Shown: positions 13,613-25,227 of the stretch, in pieces
Position numbering within the stretch: position 1 is the stretch's first letter
How the letters are laid out: the number at the start of each line of letters is the position of its first letter
Assembly: GCF_004010195.1 (NCBI RefSeq)
Contig: NC_057741.1
Coordinates: 35,156,202 to 35,220,201, forward strand
Origin: Chiloscyllium plagiosum
Lineage: Eukaryota
Reading direction: 5' to 3'
DNA: 64,000 bases
Translations under genes and position numbers: made by a program
Notes under the pieces: model-generated
Database searches by the model: none
The model's input: only the letters and a program-made list of their open reading frames with translations
Told to the model about the DNA's origin: nothing

Positions 13613-14254
13613 TCAAAGTTTGTGCGAAGATTTGTAGCTCGGGTGCTCGTTGTTGTGGTTCTGTTCGCCGAGCTGGAAGTTTTTGTTGCAAACGTTTCGT
13701 CCCCTGGTGAGGCGACATCATCAGTGCTTGGGAGCCTCCTATGAAGCGCTTCTTTGATGTTTCCTCCGGTGTTTATAGTGGTCTATCCCTGCCGCTTCCG
13801 GTTGTCAGTTTCAGCCGTCCGCTGTNNNNNNNNNNNNNNNNNNNNNNNNNNNNNNNNNNNNNNNNNNNNNNNNACATCAACTAGCCACGAAACGACACAA
13901 CCAGCTATCCTTAGTAGCCACACACGCAGACAACAAGCAACATGAATTCGACTGGGACAACACTACTATCATAGGGCAAGCCAGACAGAGAACAGCCAGG
14001 GAATTCCTAGAGGCATGGCATTCATCCACAAACTCCATCAACAAACACATCGACCTGGACCCAATATACCAACCACTACAACGGACACAGCTGAAACTGA
14101 CAACCAGAAGCAACAGGGACAGGCCACTATAAACACCGGAGGAAACATCAAAGAAGCGCTTCGCAGGAGGCTCCCAAGCACTGATGATGTCGCCTAGCCA
14201 GGGGACGAAACGTTTGCAACAAAAACTTCCAGCTCAGCGAACAGAACCACAACA
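13613..14254. mobile_element. Second Penelope-like family, inverted arms around an assembly gap, hammerhead cores on both strands
   Basis: TSD ATAAGTAATGAGA (13600-13612 / 14255-14267); remnant HEFDWDNTTIIGQARQRTAREFLEAWHSSTNSINKHIDL; CTGATGA-T-GTC..GAC-GAAAC-GTT at 14181-14214 (+) and about 13688-13727 (-). Confidence 0.8.
13826..13873. other. Assembly gap (48 N)
   Basis: N run at the centre of an inverted repeat. Confidence 0.99.
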
Positions 14255-14747
14255 ATAAGTAATGAGACTCCGATATCAAGGGGTGGGGGTGGGGGGTTGC
14301 ACGCTAACAACAGTCCACAGAAGATGTGGTAAACCGATTAGATTAGTAATTGCACAGAGCAATACAACTATCACGTATGAGGTAAAAGGAGAGTACCGAG
14401 AGACTCAGCTGAACTGTATAAATTGTAATGTAACCTTTTGATCGGGGTGCCTACTTGTTAGACACTTGTCTTGCAAGAACATTTCATTAAAATTCGCTGC
14501 TTCAGAATTTGACTCTGACTGAAATGTATTGATATGTGAGCTTTGTTTCTCACAAATGTCCACCTACTGCTCCCTGGTGTTGGTCCCGGTCCCACATCTT
14601 AATCATGTACCAATCATTCACATCTTCTCACATAACCACCCATGCTCCTTGAAGTCAAGGTTGTGGTAACTGTTGATAGCACTCACATCTACAGTTTCCC
14701 TTGTGTCCCATCTCTTGTTTCTCACCATTTTACATTAATGGCTGCAT

Positions 14748-14750
<3 letters not shown>

Positions 14751-14780
<30 letters not shown>
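14751..14780. repeat. (AC)15 microsatellite
   Basis: Read directly from the sequence. Confidence 0.95.
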
Positions 14781-14782
<2 letters not shown>

Positions 14783-14849
14783 CAGGACTGATTATTGCGT
14801 ACTCCCGAGACTACAGAGGGACAGACCTCGTGACCCTGGGCACCCCAAA

Positions 14850-15905
14850 CAATACCTGACCAATTCCAATCCCCTACTCTGAGGATGACCAATTTCACCA
14901 TAGAAAACCCAGATGGCCTCTTCCTTCAAAGACAGCAATTTCCCTTCCCATGTGGTTGATGATCCCTCCAGTGCGTCTCCTCCATTTCCCGCACCTCTGC
15001 CCTTGAACCACATGCCTCCCAATGCAACAAGGACAGAACCCCACCCCCAGTCCTCGCCTTACACCCCATCAACCCCCGTATGCATGGCATCATCCTTCGC
15101 CACTTCCGTCACCTACAAGCAGGCCCCACCACTAGGGATATATTTCCCTCCCCATCCGTATCAGTATTTTGGCGAGACCATTCCTTCTGTGACTCCCTTG
15201 TCAGATCCACAACTCCCCACCAACCCCACCTTGCCCTGCCACCGCAAGAATTGCAAAACCTGCGCCAACACCTCCCCCTTACCTCCGTCCAAGGCCCCAA
15301 GGGATCCTTGCACATCCTGTACTTCCACCAGTGTCGTCTACTGTATCCATTGTCCGATGTGGTCTCCTCTACATTGGGGAGACAGGACGCCAACTTGCAC
15401 ATCGTTTCAGAGAACATCGCTGGGGCACTCGCACCAATCAACCAAACCGCCCCGCGGCTGAATACTTCAACTCCCCCCTCCCACTCCACTAACGACATAC
15501 AGGTCCTGGGCCACCTCCATTGCCAAACCCTAACCACCTGATGTCTGGAGGAAAAACTTCTCATATTCCGCCTAGGGATCCTGCAACCACGTGGTATTAA
15601 TGTGGATTTCAGTAGTTTCCTCATTTCCCCTCCCCCACCTAATCACAGTCCCAAGCCTCCAACTCAGCACTGCCCTCTTGACCTGTCTGTTGTCTTTCCT
15701 GTCTATCAGCTCCCTCCTCCTCTCTGACCTATCACCTTCTCTCCTACCTTAATCTGCGTATTTAATTCTAAGCTGCTTCCCCATTCCTCTCCAACCCCAC
15801 CCCACCTCCCTTTATTCTCTCAGCCTCCTGGCTCACAAGCTTCATTTCTGATGAAAGGCTTATCCCCGAAACATCGATTCTCTTGCACCTCTGATGCTGT
15901 CTGAC
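14850..15905 (+). mobile_element. Degenerate Penelope-like element 3' part, same superfamily
   Basis: MASSFKDSNFP, a CKTC cysteine motif and an IFRLG.LQP.G.N remnant; ends in a decayed hammerhead CTGATGAAAGGCTTATCCCCGAAACATC. Confidence 0.8.
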
Positions 15906-15906
15906 T

Positions 15907-16228
15907 GGGGTAGCACGGTGGCTCAGTGGTTAGCACTGCTGCATCACAGCGCCAGGGACTTGGGGTCGATTTCATCTTCTGGTGACTGTCTATGTCTGCA
16001 TGAGTTTCCTCCAGCTGCTCCAGTTTCCTTCCACTATCCAAAAATGTGCAAGTTAGGTGAATTGGCCATTCTAAATTGCCCATAGTGTTCAGGAATGTGT
16101 AGGTGAGGTGCATTAGTCAGGGGTAAATATAGGATAATAGGGTAGGGGAATGGCCCGAAGAGGTTACTCTTCGGAGGGTCATTGTGAACTTGTTGGGCCG
16201 AAGGGCCTGCTTTCACACTGAAGGAATT
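15907..16228 (+). mobile_element. HE1-type SINE
   Basis: Family head and tail. Confidence 0.8.
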
Positions 16229-16847
16229 CTGTGGGTTCTATGGAGATACCCTTGACTGACTTGCTGGTATTCCCAAATTGAACACCATCCCCTTTAAATG
16301 ACTGAGAGCTACTTCAGTCGACTTTGAGACAGGACCATTTGATTGATACCTGTTCACTGTATTTACTCCGTACACTGCTGGCACATGATGTCGGTCTGAT
16401 ATTTATGTACTACACAGTGCTGTATAGCAGCATATCGACCCCCCCTTCCCTTAATTGGTCACTGCTGACAACAATGACAAGCTGTTTGGCATTATTTCTG
16501 TACCAGAAGGCTAAGCAAGACAGGAATGTGAAGTGGAAAACTATATTCTGATAAGGATGGGACGAGGCTGGTAAGTGTCTGATGCCAACCTACTGAGTGT
16601 AATTAAATTTGAGGACTGGCCACAATGGAGGCCAGAGGGGCACGCAGTGGGCTGGAGCTCCTAGGTAGCCACTCTGACTTGAATATCATAAATTGTCACT
16701 TCCCAGTTTCTCTGTGTGAAGATTAGGGATTAATGATGTGAAAGTGCAAGCAAATAGACCTCTTACTGTTCACTGGCAAAATTCTCAACTCACCATTCAA
16801 AATCTGGTTGCAGAGTTGGATTTCTCTTCTCAACATAGAGAATCTCA

Positions 16848-17162
16848 AAGTTTGTGAGAAGCTTTACTATACTATTATACTACTATTATAGGACAAGCCA
16901 AACACAACAGCCAGGGAATTCCTAGAGGCATGGCACTCATTCACAGATTCAATCAATAAACACATCGATCTGGACCCAATATACCGACCACTGCAACGGA
17001 CAGCTGGAACTGACAACCGGAAGCAGCAGATTCAAACCACTACAAATGCTGGAGGAAAGATCACAGAAGCGCTTCACAAGAGGCTCCCAACCACTGAGGA
17101 TGTCACCTAGAGAGGGGACAAAACGTCTGCAACACAAATTCCCAGCTCGGCGAATACAACCA
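16848..17162 (+). mobile_element. Truncated copy of the second Penelope-like family
   Basis: Flanking repeat CAACATAGAGAATCTCA (16831-16847 / 17163-17179); AREFLEAWHS remnant; hammerhead GAAA mutated to AAAA. Confidence 0.78.
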
Positions 17163-17691
17163 CAACATAGAGAATCTCATTTGTCTAATCTCACTATTGC
17201 CCATAGGTTTCAGGGGCCTGGAGAATTTAATCTATAAATTCCAGTAAAATTAGAATAGAATCTGTAGACAACTCTGTCGATATTTGAATGCTTGTGTTCC
17301 AAAATTCCACTACTGTGGCCTTAATAATTCCATCATAGGGGCAGCAAAGCATGATGATTATTTTTCAGCTTAGGTTTTTTAATAGTAATTTATTTATTGA
17401 TGAATAATGTACATCAACAGAATTAGCTTGCAAAAATATGCCTCCACCTACTGTAACTACCCTTCCATCTCAGTCCTGGATTAATGTAACCCAGGATCAA
17501 GATGATTCAGGTAGTGCATCTTGATTAAAATTTGAGGCTGATTTTATTAGATTTAAAGAGTTATGTTTTGAGGTAATTCACTTTCTAATTTATGGTCCCC
17601 AGGATTTTATTGTCATTTCCAAGTATTTCATCTACTTTTTTACCACCACCCTGGCTCTTACTATGGTACACTGAAGAGTACATACTAGATG

Positions 17692-17892
17692 CAGATAGTT
17701 TTCTTATAACACCATAGTTCGGTTCCTGTGCAATCTTGTTTTATAAGAAATCCATGCAATACCAGCACCATTTTAATCTAATGGAGCCGGAATTGTGTTA
17801 TAGCCAGTATAGTACAAAAGTCAGTCTAAATTCAACAATCGTGTTATAGCCAATTCATGTTGCAGAAACACATGTTAGAGGAGAACCATCTC
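17692..17892. mobile_element. Degenerate MITE (pogo/Tigger-like)
   Basis: Imperfect TIRs CAGATAGTTTTCTTATAAC / GTTAGAGGAGAACCATCTC; internal GTGTTATAGCCA repeats. Confidence 0.45.
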
Positions 17893-18099
17893 TAGTGAAT
17901 TTTAGATTACTACTGTCTAAATTCTGACTCCGTGCAACAATGGTATCAAGGCATATTTGACATCGAAAAGTGACATTTTTGTTATTTCAACTGCTAATAT
18001 TTTACCACAGTATTGTTACTGCCTTATGCAATCAAAAGTAAGAATCAAGCATCTTGGTCATCAAATTCAAATAAACCTGGTGGACTTACAACCTGGTCT

Positions 18100-19340
18100 T
18101 AGAGTCATAGAGATGTACAGCACGGAAACAGACCCTTCGGTCCATCTCATCCATGCTGACCGGATATTCCAACCTAATCTACGTCCATTTGCCAGCCCAT
18201 ATCCCTTTAAACCCTTCCTATTCATATACCCATCCAAATGCCTTTTAAATGTTGCAATTGTACCAGCCTCCACACTTTCATTGACAGCTCATTACATATG
18301 TTCACCACCCTCTACTTGAAGAAGTTGCCCCTTAGGTCCCTTTTACACCTTTCCCCTCTCACCCTGAACCGATGTCCTCTCGTTCTGGACACCCCCACCC
18401 CAGGAAAAAGAATTTGTCTATTTATCCTATCATGCCCATCATGATTTTATAAACCTCTATAAGATCACCCCTAAGCCTTCAGCCCTCCAGGGAAAACAGC
18501 CCCAGCCTATTTAACTTCTCCCTATAGCTCAAATGCTCCAACCCTGGCAACATCCTTGTAATTCTTTTCTGAACCCTTTCAAGTTTCACAACATCCTTCC
18601 AATAGGAAGGAAACCAGAAATGCGCGCAATATTCCAAAAACGGCCTAACCAATGTCCTGTACAGCCGCAACATGGTCACCCAACTCCTATACTCAATGCT
18701 CTGATCAATAAAGAAATGTATACCAAACGCTGCCTTCACTATCCTATCTACCTGTGACTCCACTTTCAAGGAGCTATGAACCTGCACTCCAGGGTCCCTT
18801 TGTTCAGCAACACTCCATAGCACCTTACCATTAAGTGTGTAAGTACTTCTAAGATTTGCTTTCCCAAAATGCAGCACCTCGCATTTATCTGAATTAAACT
18901 CTATCTGCCACTCCTCAGTCCATTGGCCCAGCTGATCAAGATCCTGTTGTAATCTGAGGTAACCTTCTTCGCTGTCCACTACACCTCCAATTTTGGTGTC
19001 ATCTGCAAACTTCCTAACTATATCTCCAATGTTCATATCCAAATCATTTATATAAATGATGAAAAGTAGGGGACCCAGCACCGGTCCTTGTGGCATTCCA
19101 CTGGCCACTGGCCTCCAGTCTGAAAAACAACCCCCACCATCACCACCCCCTGTCTTCTACCTTCGAACCAGTTCTGTATCCAAATGGCTAGTTCTCCCTG
19201 TATTCCCTGAGATCTAACCTTGGTAACCAGTCTTCCATAGGGAACCTTGTTGAACCCTTTACTTAAGTCCATGGAGATCGTGTCCACTGCTCTGCCCTCA
19301 TCAATCATCTTTGTTACTTTTTCAAAAAACTCAATCAAGG
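18100..19340 (-). mobile_element. CR1/HER1-like LINE fragment (RT)
   Basis: 209-aa ORF with PQGPVLGPLLF and KFADDTK. Confidence 0.9.
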
Positions 19341-20082
19341 TTGTGATTTTGACCTTGTCCAAACCCAGTCCAAAACCAGCACCTCCATATCAGATAAAAA
19401 GATAATTTTCAAATAAGCCACAACATGCTTACTGCTGCTTTGGATTCTTGTCAGTTGTGCTTTCCAAAAGTGCATTTCCAAACAATTAATGTACTTTATA
19501 TAGTACTGCAAAGTGTTTGTTTGAGTTCATAATTATTGTGATGGACTAAGTTTTCACAGACAAATTTGTAGTTATACTTACTGTTTTCAATTTTTTGTAA
19601 TGATGCTGTACTTAACTTCAGAATTTGCAATGGATCTTTCCAGTCATTTGTTAGTGAAGAAATGATTCATGGTTTAACTATGTTTGAAACATTACGAAGA
19701 TGAAAATGTTGTACAGCCAGAGTAATGAAACATGTTCAGAATGTTGGGTCAAATTTTAGGTCAGAAGTAGTTCACATCTGAAGTTGGAGGCTCGGTGTTC
19801 TAACTGCCATAACAGATCTATTTCAAGCACTAGGATTTCAGTGTAAACAGTGACATTTTCCAGATCTTCCATTTAAAAGTAGCAGAGAGACACATGCAGG
19901 CTTGTTAATGAGGGGAAAACAAATTTTTTTTCAACAAACAGACTATCCATCCTAATAGGTAAAGCTGATGCAAAAACTGTTGCATTATTTGTAGAGATTG
20001 GATCAGTATTTGTAAAGGAAGAATGTGGGATCCATAAAAAATTCAATCTTACTATTTTATAACATTTTTATTTCATTTGTAG

Positions 20083-20192
20083 GGTAGTGCATGTTGTAAA
20101 ACTGATCAGCAAAGGGACTATTGAAGAATCCATGCTTAAAATTGGTGAACATAAATTGAAACTAGAACAGGATATGACTTCAACAGAAACAG
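20083..20192 (+). CDS. SMARCAD1: SMARCAD1 penultimate coding exon ([36 protein letters not shown])
   Basis: AG 20081-20082, GTGAGT donor at 20193; 'TIEE' motif; phases match both flanking exons. Confidence 0.95.
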
Positions 20193-21770
20193 GTGAGTTA
20201 TGCAATTGAATATCCCACTTTTTTTCTTTTCTAAATGCAAACTGTGTCCCAATTTCAGTTAGTTTGCCATCTAGTAGTATTGGAAATAAAAGTTGACTAC
20301 ACAGAACAGAAATGTTTTTCCATATACAAAGCTCTTTATTTAAATTCTGTATTCTCTTGGACCCCATATTCCATGAGAATGTATGTTCTCTTGAGGAAGC
20401 TTACGAGGTGGAATTGCTTTGCATTGAAAACATGGCAGGATTGTAGCTACCTCCCAGAAATTAAATGACACAAGGGTGCATTTGAAGGTGGATGCCATTT
20501 TATTGGGACTGGTCTAAAAAGAAGCAGATTTTAAGATAGTGTAAAAATAGTAAGTTGGGGATTTAAACTTTCTCAATATTAACTGGGATAGACAAAGTGT
20601 AAAAGGCTTAGAGGGGTCATAATTTTTAATGTGTCCAGCAGAACCTTGTAAGCCAGGATGTAGAGTGTCTTACAAGAAAGAGGGCCATTCCATGCCTGCC
20701 ACTACATAGGAAGCTCCAGCCGGAGCTCACCTGCTCTGCCCATTCTTCTTTTTTTTTTCTTCCCCTCAGTGCTTCTCTTCTCCTTCTTCTCCTCCTTTAT
20801 CCCTCTTTGACTTCTGGCCTCCAGCGAGTGACAATTCCTGGCCTGGCACAATGGCCTCCCAGCGTAATAACCTTCCGCAGCGGCCCCCTTGTAAGGTGCA
20901 GTGACCCGACCTGGCACAGCAGCCTCCTGGCATGCCATATTGTCAGTGTGGTATGGAGCCAGGTCCCAGTGTGGACTGGAAGTTAGATGCCAGCATGGTC
21001 AGCTCTGCTGAACATTTATTTCTGTTATGCTAGACCATTTTATTTTCTGTATTTTCTACATCTTGTAGCAAACAAAACTGTGCCTCGGTACTTTTTGTAG
21101 CTAAGCTGTTGCTGTAATTGGCTACGTATAAACGTTTGACTATACTCAGAGTATTTGTGACAGTGAAGGCTGTCTGTTCTTCTATTCTGATTTTCGGGAA
21201 CAAAGCTAGATAAGTAGTGGAAGTTCAGTGGAGAGCGTTTCAGTGATGATGACCATAATCCTTGCTGGTTATGGTAATCATGGAAAAGGACAAGGATGAA
21301 TTGGAAATAAAGGTTCTGAATTGGGGGCAGGTTGATTTTAACATAACAGGTTCTGACTGAAGTGAACTGGGAGAATCTACTCATGGGAAAATCTGTCAGC
21401 AATTGGAGTCTTTCAAAATGGGGCGATGAATGATAGGACCATATGAAGTACAGTTGATCAGAGGCCCTGATATGTCTATATTCCCAGATTCTTGAAAGCA
21501 ATAAATCAGGTGGTTGAAAAAACATATGGGATACTTAACTTTGGGGTGAAGCACTGAATATAAAGCAGCAAAGTTATGATGGAGCTGTATACCATAGTAG
21601 TTAGTTTGCGGATGCAGTATGGTGTGCTGTTTTGGGTGTCTCACAATTGGAAAAATATGATTGCTTTAAAAAGGTTGCCAAAGAAATTTGCCAGTATGTT
21701 CCCTGGGCAGAAATCTTTCACATATGAAGAAAGACTGACTAGGCTGGGGTTGTTTTTGTTTGAGCTGAAA

Positions 21771-23250
21771 ATGTGTTGCTGGAAAAGCGCAGTAGGTCAG
21801 GCAGTATCCAAGGAGCACGAGAATCGACTTTTAGGGCATGAGCCCTTCTTCACAAATGAGGAAAGTCTGCTAAGCAGGCTAAGATAAAAGGTAGGGAGGA
21901 GGGACTTGGGGGAGGGGTGTTGGAAATGCGATAGGTGGAAGGAGGTTAAGGTGAGGGTGATAGGCCGGAGTGGGGGTGGGGGCAGAGAGGTCAGGAAGAA
22001 GATTGCAGGTTAGGAAGGTGGTGCTGAGTTCGACGGTAGGGACTGAGACAAGGTGGAGGGAGGGAGAAATGAGGAAACTGGAGAAATCTGAGTTCATCCC
22101 TTGTGGTTGGAGGGTTCCTAGGCGGAAGATGAGGCGCTCTTCCTCCAACCGGCGTGTTGCTATGGTCTGGCGATGGAGGAGTCCAGGACCTGCATGTCCT
22201 TTGTGGAGTGGGAGGGGGAGTTGAAGTGTTGAGCCACGGGGTGGTTGGGTTGGTTGGTCCGGGTGTCCGGGGAGGGGAGGGAAATATATCCCTGGTGGTG
22301 GGGTCTGTTTGGAGGTGGCGGAAATGACGACAAATGATACGATGTATATGGAGTTGGTGGGGTGGTAGGTGAGGACCAGTGAGGTTCTGTCCTGGTGGCG
22401 ATTGGAGGGATGGGGGGGCTCAAGGGTGGAGGAGCGGGAAGTGGAGGAGGAGCAGTGGAGAGCATCGTTGACCACATCTAGGGGGAAATTGCGGTCTTTG
22501 AAGAAAGAGGCCATCTGCGTTGTTCGGTATTGGAACTGGTCCTCCTGGGAGCAGATGCGGCGGAGACGAAGGAATTGGGAATATGGGATGGCGTTTTTAC
22601 AGTGGGTAGGGTGGAGGAGGTGTAGTCTAGGTAGCTATGCGAGTCGGTCGGTTTATAGTAAATGTCCGTGTTGATTCGGTCGCCCGAGATAGAAATGGAG
22701 GGGTCTGGGAAGGGGAGGGAGGAGTCTGAGATGGTCCAGGTAAATTTGAGGTTGGGGTGGAAGGTGTTAGTACAGTGAATGAACTGTTCAACCTCCTCGT
22801 GGGAGCACGAGGCAGCGCCAATACAGTCATCGATGTAGCGGAGGAAAGGGTGGGGGTGGTGCCAGTGTAGCTGCGGAAGATGGACTGTTCCACATATCCT
22901 ACAAAGAGGCGGGCATAGCTGAGGCCCATGCGGGTGCCCATGGCTACTCCTTTATTTTGGAGGAAGTGGGAGGATTGGAAAGAGAAGTTGTTCAGAGTGA
23001 GGACCAGCTCAGTCAGTCAAAAGAGGGTGTCAGTGGAAGGGTACTGGTTGGTACGACTGGAAAGGAAGAAGCAGAGGGCTTTGAGTCCTTCGTGATAGGG
23101 GATGGAGGTGTATAGGGACTGGATGTCCATGGTGAAGATAAGGCATTGGGGACCGGGGCAGCGCAAATCCTGGAGGAGGTGGAGGGCGTGGGTGGTGTCC
23201 CGGACGTAGGTGGGGAGTTCTTGGACTAAGGGGGACAGGCCCGTGTCGAG
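21771..23250 (-). mobile_element. Penelope-like retroelement (RT and GIY-YIG remnant), 5'-truncated
   Basis: ORF remnants MGTRMGLSYARLFVGYVE (RT), MASFFKDRNFP and RLEEERLIFRLGTLQPQGMN (endonuclease C-terminus); its 3' end is the same sequence as the short elements. Confidence 0.85.
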
Positions 23251-23845
23251 GACCTCAAATTTACCTGGACCGTCTCAGACTCCTCCCTCCCCTTCCTAAA
23301 CCCCTCCATTTCTATCTCGGGTGACCGAATCAACACGGATATTTACTATCAACCGAATGACTCCCACAGCTACCTCCCACCCTGCCCACTGTAAAAACGC
23401 CATCCCATATTCCCAATTCCTTCGTCTCCACCCCATCTACTCCCAGGAGGACCAGTTCCAATACCGAACAACCCAGATGGCCTCTTTCTTCAAAGACCGC
23501 AATTTCCCCCCAGACGTGGTCGACGATGCTTCCCACCACATCTTCTCCACTTCCCGCTCCTCTGCCCTTGAGCCCCGCCCCTCCAATCGCCACCAGGACA
23601 AAACCCCACTGGTCCTCACCTACCACCCCACCAACTCCATATACATCGTATCATCCATCGTCATTTCCGCCACCTCCAAACGGACCCCACCACCAGGGAT
23701 ATATTTCCCTCCCCTCCCCTATCAGCGTTCCGAAAAGACCACTCCCTCTGTGACTCCCTCGTCAGGTCCACACCCACCAACAACCCAACCTGCACTCCCA
23801 GCACCTTCCCCTGCAACTGCAAGAAATGCAAAACTTGCGCTCACA
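23251..23845 (+). mobile_element. Inverted partial copy of the adjacent Penelope-like element
   Basis: Begins as the reverse complement of about 22270-22751; encodes KNAIPYSQFLRL...MASFFKDRNFP. Confidence 0.85.
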
Positions 23846-24395
23846 CTCTCTCTCTCTCTGAGACTGAGGTCAACAAAACTAGTAGAGACAAAGGTAGGTT
23901 AGATAAGAAGAAATGCCCTTTTTTATAGAGGAGCCAGTAAACAAGGGACGTGGATTTTAAGATGGGACTGGAGGAAGAATTTATTCACCCAGAACTCCTT
24001 GCCTGAAAGGGTGGTGGAAGCTGGAATCATCAGAGCATTTTAAGAAGTAGTTGATCTTTTGAAGTACTATATCAAACAGGTTTATGGGCCAAGTGCTGGA
24101 AAAATGAGACTAGAGCGGATAGGTGCTTGATGATTGTGTGGACATAATGTGCTGAAAATTGTAAAACTTGTGACTCTAAAAAGAATAATGTACTAATCAC
24201 GCAACATCCAATCTTCTCTAATTCTATCCTTCATTCCCTGCCGCCCTTTTTTTTAGAAAAGGCTTTATATGATTGTTATCTGTTTCAGAGAATGCCAACT
24301 GTAAGCTAGCATTTCCAGGGTTTTGCCTTGCCTGTCTTCAAAATTGCTGTAGATGTTGTTAAATTTGCCCTAATCTGAATTTCTTTGTTTTTAAG

Positions 24396-24457
24396 GAGGC
24401 GAGGGGAACATTCCACTTAATATAGCAACTTTATTGAAGACTTCATTGGGATTATAG
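24396..24457 (+). CDS. SMARCAD1: SMARCAD1 terminal coding exon (GGEGNIPLNIATLLKTSLGL*)
   Basis: Pyrimidine tract with AAG acceptor; TAG stop 24455-24457; C-terminus resembles human '...IATLLKTSMGL'. Confidence 0.93.
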
Positions 24458-25221
24458 CATTCAGCCGCACTTTTCTACATCCTCCATAAGCATCGTTGTG
24501 TTAAGTCAACGAAATTCTACGTGCAACACAACTCTGAGAAAGAATGTATAATGTAATTGGAACTAGTGAAATTGTCAATTAACAAACATTTTTTATTGTA
24601 TGTGATGGAATGTGCAGTTTTTAATGAAAAAATAGGAGTGGGGACTAATGTATGAGAATAATGAGAATTTGTCATATTAAAACACTAGAAATAAATTTCC
24701 ATGTGTATTAATATTGTATTGCTGTAGTTCCACTTATAAGTAGGCTGTACTGAAACAGCATGATAAAACATTGGTACTATAGCATTACAATTCAACATTT
24801 TCTGTCCTCCTCCAAAGTCTTTTTTCATGTTTACAATTATTTTGTCAGACCAGGCTACTTTTTATGTGCTAATTCTATTTTGGCCTATATTCCTCAATTA
24901 ATTGGCTATAAAGAGGAATACATTGCTCATCGGAATCCTAAACAAAGAAAATGTTCTGAACCTATCAGATGTAAATTTCATTAATAAATCCTTAAGGAGT
25001 GAAGAGAGGTTTCTCAATTTGTGGTCATTTTTAAGATTTCTATGGACTTCTTAACTTCTAACCTGCGTGTTGTCCCAACAGTTGGATTTTTTTTTATTTC
25101 TCAGGTTTGTGTTGCTTTGTGTATTCATGATAGTGATTACTGTACCATCTTTGAAACAATATTTGCTTTGTTTACTTGATCTGTTATATCGTTGCTAGCT
25201 GAAAATGAGAAATTAAGTGCA

Positions 25222-25227
25222 AATAAA
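25222..25227 (+). promoter_or_regulatory. Candidate SMARCAD1 polyadenylation signal AATAAA
   Basis: AATAAA about 770 nt after the stop in AT-rich repeat-free sequence, followed by T/GT-rich sequence; a second AATAAA lies at 24983. Confidence 0.45.

Larger units (their letters stand above)
21200..24180 (+). mobile_element. Old CR1 fragment split by the Penelope insertion (about 21200-21770 and 23860-24180)
   Basis: 'YEERLTRLGLF' stops at the PLE end; CR1 3' sequence resumes after 23860. Confidence 0.55.

Noticed and set aside
18479-19108. 209-aa reverse transcriptase ORF as a host gene
   Set aside because: Frameshifted, truncated CR1 ORF2 fragment.
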